Assembly (NCBI RefSeq): GCF_035944895.1
Contig: NZ_DASZAT010000017.1
Location: 1,479-65,478, forward strand
DNA length: 64,000 nucleotides
Source: Bosea sp. (in: a-proteobacteria)
GTDB taxonomy: Bacteria; Pseudomonadota; Alphaproteobacteria; Rhizobiales; Beijerinckiaceae
Direction of reading: 5' to 3'
The translations under genes were made by a program, and so were the position numbers. This document shows, one piece after another, positions 10,499 to 19,381 of this stretch. Under the pieces are notes generated by a model. The model saw only the letters and a list, made by a program, of their open reading frames with translations. It was not told the DNA's origin and did not search any database. Each line of letters begins with the position of its first letter. Position 1 is the first letter of the stretch.

Positions 10499-12808
10499 AT
10501 GCGTCCGATGAAGTTCGGAATGGGCCAGCCGGTGCGGCGGGTCGAGGATCAGCGCCTGACCACGGGCACCGGCCGTTATACCGACGACACCGCGGTCGAG
10601 GGCGCGCTGCACGCCTATGTGCTGCGCTCGCCGCACGCACACGCGACATTCAAGATCGTCGACAAGCAGGCGGCGCTGAAGCGCAAGGGCGTCAAGCTGA
10701 TCCTGACCGGCGAGGACGTCGCCCATCTCGGCGACATCCCATGCAAGGGGCTGATCAAGGACATCTCCGGCAAGAGCGTGAAGCCGAATCCGGTGCCGGT
10801 GCTGCCGAGGGACACGGTGCGCCATGTCGGTGAAGCCATCGCCTTCATCGTCGCCGAGACGCTCGACCAGGCGCGCGACGCCGCCGAGGCGATCGAGATC
10901 GAGTTCGAGACGCTGCCCTCGATCACCGGCATCGCCGAGGCGCTCGAGAACGGAGCGCCACAAGTCTGGCCCGACCGTGACGGCAACGTCGCCTTCGAGG
11001 CGGAGCAGGGCAATCGCGACAAGACCGAGAAGGCCTTCGCCAAGGCCGACCGGACCATCTCGGTCACCATCGTCAACAACCGCCTCGCCTCCAACTACAT
11101 GGAGACGCGCGCCTGCATCGCCGAATACGACAAGGCGACCAAGCGCTGGACCCTGACGCATGGCAGCCAGGGCAGCCATGGCACGCGCGACATCCTCGCC
11201 AGCTACATCCTCAAGGTCGATCCCTCCCGCATCCGGGTGATCACGCCCGATGTCGGCGGCGGCTTCGGTACCAAGATCTTCATGTACCGCGAATACCCGC
11301 TGACCATGGTCGCGGCCGAGAAGCTGAAGCGGCCGGTGCGCTGGGTTGCCGACCGTACCGAGCACTTCCTTGCCGATACCCATGGCCGCGCCAATCTCAC
11401 CACCGCGACGATGGCGCTCGACAAGCGGGGCAAGTTCATCGGCCTGAAGGTCGATCTCGCCGCCGATATGGGCGCCTATCTCTCGCAATATGGGCCCTTC
11501 ATCCCTTGGGTCGGCACGACGATGACGCCGGGCTGCTACAACATCCCGGCGGTGCATGTCCGCTTCCGCGGCGTCTTCACCCATACGACGCCGGTCGATG
11601 CCTATCGCGGCGCCGGGCGGCCCGAGGCGGCCTATCTGATCGAGCGGCTGGTCGATGCGATCGCACGCGAGACCGGCAAGAGCCCGGACGCGGTGCGCGC
11701 GCTCAATTTCGTCAAGCCGAGCGAGATGCCGCACAAGACGCAGACCGGCCCGGTCTACGATTCCGGCGAGTTCGAAGGCCATATGCGCCGCGCCATGGAG
11801 GTGGCGGACTGGAAGGGCTTCAAGAGCCGCCTGAAAGCCTCGCAGAAGGCCGGCAAGATCCGCGGCATCGGGCTCGCCTGCTATATCGAGGCCTGCGGCG
11901 GCGGCGGGCCGGAGAGCTCGACCGTGATCCTGGAGAAGGACGGCACCGTCACCGTGCTGATCGGCACCCAGTCGAACGGGCAGGGCCACGAGACCGCCTA
12001 TTCGCAGCTCGTTGCCCAGCATCTCGACATCCCGCTCGACCGCATCAAGGTGGTCCAGGGCGATACCGACCGGATCGCGACCGGTTCCGGCACCGGCGGC
12101 TCGCGCTCGATCCCGGTGGGCGGCGCGGCTCTGAACGCGGCGACCGGCATCCTCGCCGACAATCTGAAGAGCCTTGCCTCGGAGGCGCTCGAAGCCGCTC
12201 CAGCCGACCTCGAGATCGTCGACGGCGCCGTGCGCATCGTCGGCACCGACAAGACGCTCGACCTCAAGGCGATCGCCAACCTGCCCGGCGCCAAGGCCGA
12301 GCAGCTCAGCGTGCACCAGAGCTGGACGCCGCCGGAGGCGACCTATCCGAACGGCACCCATGTGGTGGAGCTGGAGGTCGACCCCGCTACGGGCGGCACC
12401 GAGATCCAGAACTATGTCGTGGTCGACGATTTCGGCGTGACGCTGAACCCGATCATGCTGCAGGGCCAGGTCCATGGCGGCGCGGCGCAGGGTATCGGCC
12501 AGGCGCTGATGGAGGAGATCCGCTTCGACTCGTCCGGCCAGATGCTGACCGCGACCTTCATGGACTACGCCCTGCCGCGCGCTGTCGACATCCCGAACTT
12601 CCATTTCGAGACGCGCAACGTGCCCTGCGTGACCAATGCGCTCGGGGTGAAAGGCGCGGGCGAGGCGGGTGCGATCGGCGCCTGCCCCGCAGTGATGAAC
12701 GCGATGGTCGATGCGCTGAACCGCGCTGCCAGCGTCACGGCGATCGACATGCCGGCGACCCCGCCCAAGGTGTTCGCTGCGCTGAAGGCGGCCGGTTATC
12801 CGTCCTGA
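10499..12808 (+). CDS. molybdopterin-binding xanthine dehydrogenase-family large subunit, form-II CoxL-like
   Basis: N-terminus MRPMKFGMGQPVRRVEDQRLTTGTGRYTDD. The AYRGAGR motif at 11600-11620 marks form II, not bona fide CO dehydrogenase. ATG at 10499 with a GAAGGAAG RBS (the ORF-track TTG at 10493 is less likely). Confidence 0.85.
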   Translation: MRPMKFGMGQPVRRVEDQRLTTGTGRYTDDTAVEGALHAYVLRSPHAHATFKIVDKQAALKRKGVKLILTGEDVAHLGDIPCKGLIKDISGKSVKPNPVPVLPRDTVRHVGEAIAFIVAETLDQARDAAEAIEIEFETLPSITGIAEALENGAPQVWPDRDGNVAFEAEQGNRDKTEKAFAKADRTISVTIVNNRLASNYMETRACIAEYDKATKRWTLTHGSQGSHGTRDILASYILKVDPSRIRVITPDVGGGFGTKIFMYREYPLTMVAAEKLKRPVRWVADRTEHFLADTHGRANLTTATMALDKRGKFIGLKVDLAADMGAYLSQYGPFIPWVGTTMTPGCYNIPAVHVRFRGVFTHTTPVDAYRGAGRPEAAYLIERLVDAIARETGKSPDAVRALNFVKPSEMPHKTQTGPVYDSGEFEGHMRRAMEVADWKGFKSRLKASQKAGKIRGIGLACYIEACGGGGPESSTVILEKDGTVTVLIGTQSNGQGHETAYSQLVAQHLDIPLDRIKVVQGDTDRIATGSGTGGSRSIPVGGAALNAATGILADNLKSLASEALEAAPADLEIVDGAVRIVGTDKTLDLKAIANLPGAKAEQLSVHQSWTPPEATYPNGTHVVELEVDPATGGTEIQNYVVVDDFGVTLNPIMLQGQVHGGAAQGIGQALMEEIRFDSSGQMLTATFMDYALPRAVDIPNFHFETRNVPCVTNALGVKGAGEAGAIGACPAVMNAMVDALNRAASVTAIDMPATPPKVFAALKAAGYPS

Positions 12809-12940
12809 CGCAAGGAGGCGCTTGCCTCTTTGCAAGGAGTTTCACGACAATGCGACTTGGCGCTGTCGTGCGCGTGAGTTGATCTGGAAGAGTTCAAAAC
12901 AGCGCCGGGTCCGGCGCTGCCTTCCGGAGGATTCCCACGC

Positions 12941-13372
12941 ATGCTTCGCTCTGCTTTCGTCGCCCTCGGTCTCGCCGTCGGTGTTTCCGCCGTCCTGGCT
13001 CAGGCCAATCCGATCTCCGAGCGGCGCGACACGATGAAGGCTGTCGGCGCCGCGACGCGCGAGGGCGCGGCGATGGCCAAGGGCGAGGCGCCGTTCGACG
13101 CTGCCAAGGCGCAGGCGGTGTTCAAGGCCTATGGCGATGCCGCCAAGAAGATGCCGGGTCTCTATCCGGATACCGCCAAGACCGGCGGCGAGACCACGGC
13201 GGCGCCGAAGATCTGGGAAGATCAGGCCGGCTTCAAGGCGGCCTTCGCCAAATTCGAGGCCGATGCCGGCAAGGGCGCTGCGGTGACCGATCTCGCGGGC
13301 TTCCGCACCGCTTTCGGTGACGCCACCAAGAATTGCGGCGGCTGCCACGAAACCTACCGCATCAAGAAGTGA
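12941..13372 (+). CDS. class II c-type cytochrome (cytochrome c' / c-556 family)
   Basis: Signal peptide, four-helix-bundle-like sequence and a single CGGCHE heme motif close to the C-terminus. Confidence 0.8.
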   Translation: MLRSAFVALGLAVGVSAVLAQANPISERRDTMKAVGAATREGAAMAKGEAPFDAAKAQAVFKAYGDAAKKMPGLYPDTAKTGGETTAAPKIWEDQAGFKAAFAKFEADAGKGAAVTDLAGFRTAFGDATKNCGGCHETYRIKK

Positions 13373-13390
13373 CCGGCGGCCTGCCGCCAT

Positions 13391-13416
13391 CAGATTTGAC
13401 CTGCAGATTTGACCTG
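13391..13416. repeat. perfect tandem duplication of a 13-mer (CAGATTTGACCTG x2)
   Basis: Read directly from the sequence. It lies 19 nt after the cytochrome c' stop. Confidence 0.9.
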
Positions 13417-13422
13417 ATCGAA

Positions 13423-13452
13423 GGAGCGGGCTTCCTTGTGGAGGCCCGCTCC
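13423..13452 (+). terminator. hairpin between the two cytochrome genes
   Basis: GGAGCGGGC-12 nt loop-GCCCGCTCC, a 9-bp perfect stem. The downstream T-tract is weak. Confidence 0.4.
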
Positions 13453-13530
13453 ATTCGCGTCGGCGGCATCCGGTTCGAACCCTGTCGCGATACGAGCGTT
13501 GTTTGCCCGGGATAACCGAATGAGGAACCG

Positions 13531-14466
13531 ATGCGCCGCCTGCTGATCACGCTTCTGGTCTTCATCGCGCTCGGCGCTGCCGGCTTCTTCGTCCTCACCG
13601 ATCCACGCGTGGTCTCGCCGGGGCCCGAGGTCGGCACGCTGCCGGCGCCTGATGTCGAGAACGGCAAGCTGCTGTTCGCGGCCGGTGGCTGTGCGTCCTG
13701 CCATGCGACGCCCGGCCAGGACGACAAGACCAGGCTCGGCGGCGGGCTGGTACTGGACTCGCCCTTCGGCAAGTTCCATGTGCCGAACATCTCGCCGCAT
13801 ACGCGCGACGGCATCGGCAACTGGGGTACGGCGGACTTCATCCAGGCGATGACCGCCGGGGTCTCGCCCGCGGGCCAGCACTATTACCCGGCCTTCCCCT
13901 ACACCTCCTACCGGCTGATGCCGGCGAAGGCGGTGGCCGATCTCCTCGCCTATATCCGCACGCTGCCCTCGGTCGAGGGTACGGCGCCCGGCCATGAACT
14001 CGGCTTCCCCTTCAACATCCGCCGCGCCGTCGGCGGCTGGAAGCTGCTGTTCTTCGATGGAGCGCCGTTCAAGGCTGACCCGAGCAAGAGCGAAGAATGG
14101 AATCGCGGCGCCTATCTGGTGAACGGGCCGGGCCATTGCGCCGAATGCCATTCCAGCCGCAACCAGCTCGGCGCCATCGTCCAGGCGACGCGCTTCGCCG
14201 GCGGTCCCGATCCCGAAGGCAAGGGCTGGGTTCCGAACATCACCCAGGCCGAGGAGGGCCTCGGCAAATGGTCGAAGGCCGAGATCGCGGAGCTGCTGAA
14301 GAGCGGCTTCACCCCGAACTTCGACAGCGTTGGCGGCTCGATGGCGGCGGTGGTGCGCAACATGGCGCAATTGTCGGATGCCGACCGGCTGGCGATGGCG
14401 GAGTATCTGAAATCGCTGCCCGCGGTGCAGGGGCCGCCGCGGCCGCAAAAGGCGGCGGGCGGGTAG
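13531..14466 (+). CDS. membrane-anchored diheme cytochrome c
   Basis: N-terminal TM/signal segment. Two CxxCH motifs (CASCH and CAECH). Resembles the cytochrome c subunits of periplasmic dehydrogenases. Confidence 0.8.
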   Translation: MRRLLITLLVFIALGAAGFFVLTDPRVVSPGPEVGTLPAPDVENGKLLFAAGGCASCHATPGQDDKTRLGGGLVLDSPFGKFHVPNISPHTRDGIGNWGTADFIQAMTAGVSPAGQHYYPAFPYTSYRLMPAKAVADLLAYIRTLPSVEGTAPGHELGFPFNIRRAVGGWKLLFFDGAPFKADPSKSEEWNRGAYLVNGPGHCAECHSSRNQLGAIVQATRFAGGPDPEGKGWVPNITQAEEGLGKWSKAEIAELLKSGFTPNFDSVGGSMAAVVRNMAQLSDADRLAMAEYLKSLPAVQGPPRPQKAAGG

Positions 14467-14517
14467 GGGTCTATCCGGGGCTTGTCGAAATGCGGGAAGG
14501 GCTCGCGGGGCGGCCCT

Positions 14518-15138
14518 TCAATCCATCACCGCCGCCTTGAGGATGCAGACCATAAGGGCCGTTCCGGGCTGGTCGCCGATGCAGCGGACGATGTGCTGGC
14601 GGTCGCAGCGATAGCGTAAGGTCTCACCGGCCTTGGCGCGCTGGGTGATGCCGCCGACCTCGACCTCGAACTCGCCGGCGCTGACCGAGAGCGATTCGAT
14701 CGAGCCGCGCTGATGGCCCTCCGAATCGAGCTCGCCGCCTGGCTCGGCGCTGACCTCGTACCATTGCAGCCATTCGACGGTCTTGATCCAGCCGATGATG
14801 GCTAGGCGCAGCTTGCCGTCCTCGGAGACCAGGATCGGCGTGTCCGGCCGGGCGATCTTCTCGATGAAGGCCTCTTCCTCATTGGTCGAGAGCACGCGCT
14901 CAATCGAGACGTCGAGCGCCTGCGACAGCCGCCAGATCGTCGCCAAAGTCGGATTGGTCTCGTTGCGCTCGATCTGGCTGATGATCGACTTGGCGACGCC
15001 GGACTGCTCGGCCAGCTCCGAGAGCGAGAGGTTATAGGCCTTGCGCAGCCGCTGGATCGTCTTGCCGAGCTGGCCCGAGATCACCTGCGCGCCGGATGCG
15101 AGCTCTCGGCCGCTACGTTCCCTGGTTTCGATGCCCAT
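14518..15138 (-). CDS. XRE-family HTH regulator with C-terminal cupin domain
   Basis: HTH segment LSLSELAEQSGVAKSIISQIERNETNPTLATIWRL, followed by a cupin-like beta domain. Confidence 0.8.
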   Translation of the reverse strand: MGIETRERSGRELASGAQVISGQLGKTIQRLRKAYNLSLSELAEQSGVAKSIISQIERNETNPTLATIWRLSQALDVSIERVLSTNEEEAFIEKIARPDTPILVSEDGKLRLAIIGWIKTVEWLQWYEVSAEPGGELDSEGHQRGSIESLSVSAGEFEVEVGGITQRAKAGETLRYRCDRQHIVRCIGDQPGTALMVCILKAAVMD

Positions 15139-15255
15139 TGCGCTCTTGCCTGCCGTCGTCTCTAGCCCGGCCAGGATTTGCCGTTTGGGAAAGAGAACGA
15201 TTGTTTGTCTTAGCGGACAATGCCTCGGATCGCTCCAAGCGGCAAGTCGAGGACG

Positions 15256-16224
15256 TCAGACGGAGCGGGACGGGCCGACCTCGCGGGTCTCCTTCTTGAG
15301 GAGACCAAGCTGCTGTTCGCGCAGGATGACATAGATGCCGGAGGCGATCACGATCAGCGAGCCCAGGAGCACGGCCATCACCGGCCATTCGCCGAAGACG
15401 AACCAGCCGAGCGCGGTTGCCCAGATCATCGTCGAATACTCGAACGGCGCGATCAGCGAGGCATCGCCATAGCGATAGGCCTGGACCAGCAGCATCTGGC
15501 CGAGACCGCCGAGCACGCCGATCGTGACGAGCAGGGCGAAATCCTTCAGGTCCGGCACCGTCCAGCCAAGCGCAAGCGTCAGCAGGCCGAGCAACGAAGT
15601 CAGCGACATGAAGTAGAAGACGATGGCGCCGGTCTTTTCGGTATGGGTCAGCAGCCGGACCTCGACCGAAGCGAAGGCCGAGCAGAAGGCGCCGGCAAGC
15701 GCGAGCATGGCACCGATGGCAGGGCCGCCTTCGAGCCCGCGCCCGAAAGCCTGCATGCCCATATGCGGGGAGAGCATCAGGAGCACGCCGAGGAAGCCGA
15801 CGGCGACGGCGGTCCAGCGATAGATGCGCACGCGCTCCTTCAGGATCAGCGCTGCCAGCACGACGACGATCAATGGCGCGGCATAGCCGATCGCGACGGC
15901 GTCCGAGAGCGGCAGCAGATGCAGCGCGGCGAAGCCGAGGAACATGCCGGTCGATCCGATGACGCCACGCTTGAGATGGCCGCGCAGATTGCTGGTCTTG
16001 AGCGCTTCGGGGAATTCATGGCGCCAGGCCAGCCAGATGATCAGCGGGATCAGCGCGAAAAAGGAGCGGAAGAAGACGAGCTCGCCGGTCGGATAGCGCG
16101 AGGCCAGCGTCTTGATGCCGGCCGACATCAGCGTGAACGACAGGGCCGAAAGCAGCTTGAGGCTGATGCCGAGGAGCGGTGACAAGGGAACAGGTCGGGC
16201 ACGAGGAATGGAGGTCTTGTGCAA
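15256..16224 (-). CDS. EamA/DMT-family transporter
   Basis: ~10 TM helices in two EamA-like halves. The start is uncertain. Confidence 0.8.
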   Translation of the reverse strand: MHKTSIPRARPVPLSPLLGISLKLLSALSFTLMSAGIKTLASRYPTGELVFFRSFFALIPLIIWLAWRHEFPEALKTSNLRGHLKRGVIGSTGMFLGFAALHLLPLSDAVAIGYAAPLIVVVLAALILKERVRIYRWTAVAVGFLGVLLMLSPHMGMQAFGRGLEGGPAIGAMLALAGAFCSAFASVEVRLLTHTEKTGAIVFYFMSLTSLLGLLTLALGWTVPDLKDFALLVTIGVLGGLGQMLLVQAYRYGDASLIAPFEYSTMIWATALGWFVFGEWPVMAVLLGSLIVIASGIYVILREQQLGLLKKETREVGPSRSV

Positions 16225-16316
16225 GACGTCCAGTCCTTAGACCACGAGCGCCGGGCCGTTCCAAGCACCGATGTTGCAAATCGGACCGGCGTGCTGCGGG
16301 ACGCCGTCGAGACGGG

Positions 16317-16769
16317 TCAAGCGAGGTGGTATTCGAGGATCTCGTCGCCGCGATCGTCGAAGCTGCCGGTCGAGCGCCAGCCGAGATGCCGGTAGAAGCC
16401 ATAGGAGCGCGAGGCAGGGTCGGCCGAGCAGCTCAGGAAGAGCCTGTCGAAGCCGAACGACTTGAATTCGGCGACGACGAGGTTGAGCAGCGTCCTGCCA
16501 ACGCCCTGGCCCTCATGCTCCGGCAGCAGCGCCAGCACGGCGATCTCGCCGGTCTCACGCTCGCCGAAGCAGTAGCCGACGATCTTGCCGCCCTCGGTCG
16601 CGACATGGCCGGGCAGGCTGCCGTCGGCAATGCCGGCCTGCCAGCTCTCGAGCGTGATGCCGAGCGCCGCCAGCCGTTCGACCGAGAAGGCGTTCTCTCG
16701 CGTCATGCCGCGCAGCACGATGCAGGCGGGCGTGTCGTCGGGGACGGCGCGGCGATAGGCGATGGTCAT
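16317..16769 (-). CDS. GNAT-family N-acetyltransferase
   Basis: Start trimmed to MTIAYRRAVPDD. The acetyl-CoA motif region is LLPEHEGQGVGRTLL. It begins 14 nt downstream of the preceding gene. Confidence 0.8.
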   Translation of the reverse strand: MTIAYRRAVPDDTPACIVLRGMTRENAFSVERLAALGITLESWQAGIADGSLPGHVATEGGKIVGYCFGERETGEIAVLALLPEHEGQGVGRTLLNLVVAEFKSFGFDRLFLSCSADPASRSYGFYRHLGWRSTGSFDDRGDEILEYHLA

Positions 16770-16783
16770 GGTGCTCGGGGTGG

Positions 16784-17353
16784 TCAATTGCCAGCGTACC
16801 AGTCTCCGGGATCGATGCCCGTCCGACGCTCGCCTGCCCTTACCGAGACCGGTATCGGCTTGTGGGAGGGGCAACTATTGTCGAGCCCGCATGTGACGAA
16901 CTCGGAATAATAGGCTGGTGGGCCGTTCCACTCGGAGCTGTTGGCGAAGACGTAGTAGGTGCCCGCGGGAACCTTCAGCTCATAATGCTCGCGTTTAATT
17001 CGGCGGCTGGTGCAGGTGCGCTGTCTGGTATCAATGCGTTCTGCACAAACCTTCAGGTCCCTGGGCAAGCCTTCACCGGGATATGACAACTCTCCCGATA
17101 TCGTGGCAGAGGCTTCCTCGCGGCCGCGTGGCGCTGCCGCATTGCTGGCGGAGGGGCGTCCGCTGCGCTTTCCTTCTCCTTCGTCGATGCACCGCTGAAC
17201 GAAGGAGCCGTATGCACTCGAGTCTGACCGCAATCCTCGGTCTTGAGCAGCTGCGCCGCACCGCCAAACCAGACGTTGCGTATCCATAGGGTCCGCAAGG
17301 GCAGTGCCGGAAAAAGCTAGCAGAAAACCAAAAAGACCAAGACGAGCCAGCAA
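16784..17353 (-). CDS. hypothetical secreted Cys-containing protein
   Basis: TTG start with an AAGGAA RBS. Signal peptide LLAFSGTALA/DP. Lower GC than the surrounding sequence. I recognise no family. Confidence 0.5.
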   Translation of the reverse strand: MLARLGLFGFLLAFSGTALADPMDTQRLVWRCGAAAQDRGLRSDSSAYGSFVQRCIDEGEGKRSGRPSASNAAAPRGREEASATISGELSYPGEGLPRDLKVCAERIDTRQRTCTSRRIKREHYELKVPAGTYYVFANSSEWNGPPAYYSEFVTCGLDNSCPSHKPIPVSVRAGERRTGIDPGDWYAGN

Positions 17354-17524
17354 GTTGCGTTTCCTTACCTAAAGGCCTGAGTGGTCTATCAAGCAAATTT
17401 TATCGTTGGAGAAAACGGGAAAAGTGCTCAAGGGCGGCAATGAGAGACATCTGCTGGCGTAATTCTGCTCGCCGATGTCGAGCGAGCGGCTGCGTTTCTA
17501 TTATGCGGGCCACCTCCAACCCAG

Positions 17525-17564
17525 CGAGAAGCCATGCCATACGGAATGGCTTCTCGGGATTTTT
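17525..17564 (+). terminator. orphan plus-strand intrinsic terminator (no annotated plus-strand gene upstream)
   Basis: CGAGAAGCCAT-10 nt loop-ATGGCTTCTCG, an 11-bp perfect stem, followed by GGATTTTT. The minus-strand reading has no U-tract after the stem. Confidence 0.5.
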
Positions 17565-17648
17565 CGGGCTTGAGCCGGCCGGGTCGTCCTTGGGAATGGC
17601 CGGTGACGCGGCCAGCTCAAGGCGAGGGCTTGAACTCTGGCGACGGTT

Positions 17649-18428
17649 CTAGAAGTTCGCCCGGAACGAGCCGCCGTCGATCAGGAAGTTCTGGCCGGTG
17701 ATGTAGCCGGCATGGGCGCTGGAAATGAAGGCGCAGAGCTTGCCGAATTCGTCGGGCGTGCCGAGGCGGCCGGCCGGGACGGCCGCGAGCCGCCGCTTCG
17801 TCGCTTCCTCGATGCTGATGCCCTGCATCTCGGCGACCTTGTTCGTCGCGGTCTTGATCCGGTCTGTGTCGAACACGCCGGGCAGGATGTTGTTGATGGT
17901 GACGTTGGCATGGGCGATCTCGCGCGCCACGCCGGCGAGGAAGGCGGTCAGGCCGGCGCGGGCGGCGGAGGAGACGTCGAGCCCGGTCAGCGGGGTCAGA
18001 ACGCTCGCCGAGGTGATGTTGACGATTCGGCCGAAGCGCCGCTCGATCATGCCGTCGACGACGCGCTGCACCAGCTCGAGCGGCGTCGCCATGTTCTGCG
18101 CCACGCCTTCGAGCAGCCCCTCGCGCGTCACCTCGCGGAATGGCTTCGGCGGCGGGCCGCCATTGTTGTTGACGAGAATGTCGGGATTCGGCGCAGCGGC
18201 GAGCAGCGCATCCTGGCCGGCCTTGGTCCCGACGTCGGCGACGACGGCGATCACGGTCGCGCCGGTGCTGGCGCGGATCGCGGCCGCGGTCTCCTCCAGC
18301 GTCTTGGCGTCGCGGCCGTTGACGACGACGGTGCAGCCCGCTTCGGCCAGCGCCAGTGCGCAGCCACGGCCCAGCCCCTTGCTCGAGGCGCAAACGATGG
18401 CCGTGCGGCCGGCGATACCCAGATCCAT
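17649..18428 (-). CDS. SDR-family oxidoreductase
   Basis: Cofactor-binding region AIVCASSKGLGRG and a classical SDR layout. 259 aa. Confidence 0.85.
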   Translation of the reverse strand: MDLGIAGRTAIVCASSKGLGRGCALALAEAGCTVVVNGRDAKTLEETAAAIRASTGATVIAVVADVGTKAGQDALLAAAPNPDILVNNNGGPPPKPFREVTREGLLEGVAQNMATPLELVQRVVDGMIERRFGRIVNITSASVLTPLTGLDVSSAARAGLTAFLAGVAREIAHANVTINNILPGVFDTDRIKTATNKVAEMQGISIEEATKRRLAAVPAGRLGTPDEFGKLCAFISSAHAGYITGQNFLIDGGSFRANF

Positions 18429-18553
18429 TGTCGTCTCCCGAAAAGGTCCGTTCCTGTGCGGGCAGGCAAAGCACGGTTTTCGCGCCGCGTCATCAAAGCG
18501 TAGTGCAAATCAGACACACGCCGCAGGCATCGCAACGAAGTGGGCCGGCGAGC

Positions 18554-19381
18554 ATGAGCGACGACAGCGACGCCAAGCAGGTTCGCAGCATCTTCATCTC
18601 GGACCTGCATCTGGGCACGCGCGGAGCCCAGGCGGATCTCGTGCTGGAGTTCCTGCGCGACTATGACGCGCCGACGATCTACCTGGTCGGCGACATCATC
18701 GATGGCTGGCGGCTGAAGAGCGGCTGGTATTTCCCGCAGTCGCATAACGACGTGGTGCAGAAGCTGCTGCGCAAGGTGCGCAAGGGCTCGAAGCTGATCT
18801 ACGTCACCGGCAATCACGACGACTTCCTGCGCGACTATACCGGCCTGCAGTTCGGCGGCATCACCCTGGTCGACGACATCGTCCACGAGACCGCCGACGG
18901 CAAGCGCATGCTGGTGATCCATGGCGACCTGTTCGACCTCGTGGTGCGCAACGCCAAATGGCTCGCTCTCCTCGGTGACTGGGCCTACACGATCGCGCTC
19001 GTGCTCAACCACGGCATCAACCGGGTTCGCCGCACCTTGCGCCTGCCGCACTGGTCCCTCTCGGCCTGGGCCAAGCACAAGGTCAAGAACGCCGTGAACT
19101 ATATCGGTGAGTTCGAGCAGTGCCTCGCCGACGAGGCGCGCCGGCACAAGGCCGATGGCGTGATCTGCGGGCACATCCATCACGCCGCGCAGCGTGACAT
19201 CGACGGGCTGACCTACATCAATACCGGCGACTGGGTCGAAAGCTGCACGGCGGTGGTCGAACACGACGATGGCCGCTTCGAGATCATCCGCTGGCCGCAG
19301 CATCGGCAGAAGGGCGAGAAGCCGGCACTGCCCACAACAGCGCGCCCGGCGCCAGTACCGAGCCTCGTCGAGGCCGCGTGA
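18554..19381 (+). CDS. LpxH-family metallophosphoesterase (UDP-2,3-diacylglucosamine diphosphatase-like)
   Basis: Start trimmed to MSDDSDAKQVRSIFISDLHLG. Metallophosphatase motifs DLHLG, GDIIDGW, GNHD and GH.H are present. Confidence 0.7.
   Translation: MSDDSDAKQVRSIFISDLHLGTRGAQADLVLEFLRDYDAPTIYLVGDIIDGWRLKSGWYFPQSHNDVVQKLLRKVRKGSKLIYVTGNHDDFLRDYTGLQFGGITLVDDIVHETADGKRMLVIHGDLFDLVVRNAKWLALLGDWAYTIALVLNHGINRVRRTLRLPHWSLSAWAKHKVKNAVNYIGEFEQCLADEARRHKADGVICGHIHHAAQRDIDGLTYINTGDWVESCTAVVEHDDGRFEIIRWPQHRQKGEKPALPTTARPAPVPSLVEAA

Noticed and set aside
13472-13482. GGTTCGAACCC, which resembles a tRNA T-loop/T-arm and could be a tRNA fragment or an integration scar.
   Set aside because: The flanking bases do not form a 5-bp T-stem (CCGG versus CCTG at best). 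No acceptor stem or other tRNA arms can be drawn, and no integrase or direct repeat is nearby.
17440-17652. A 70-aa plus-strand ORF, and a 32-aa ORF in another frame, within the 17.35-17.65 kb gap.
   Set aside because: Both read straight through the terminator hairpin. They are Arg/Cys-rich or lack an RBS and have no recognisable features. The region is better explained as non-coding.
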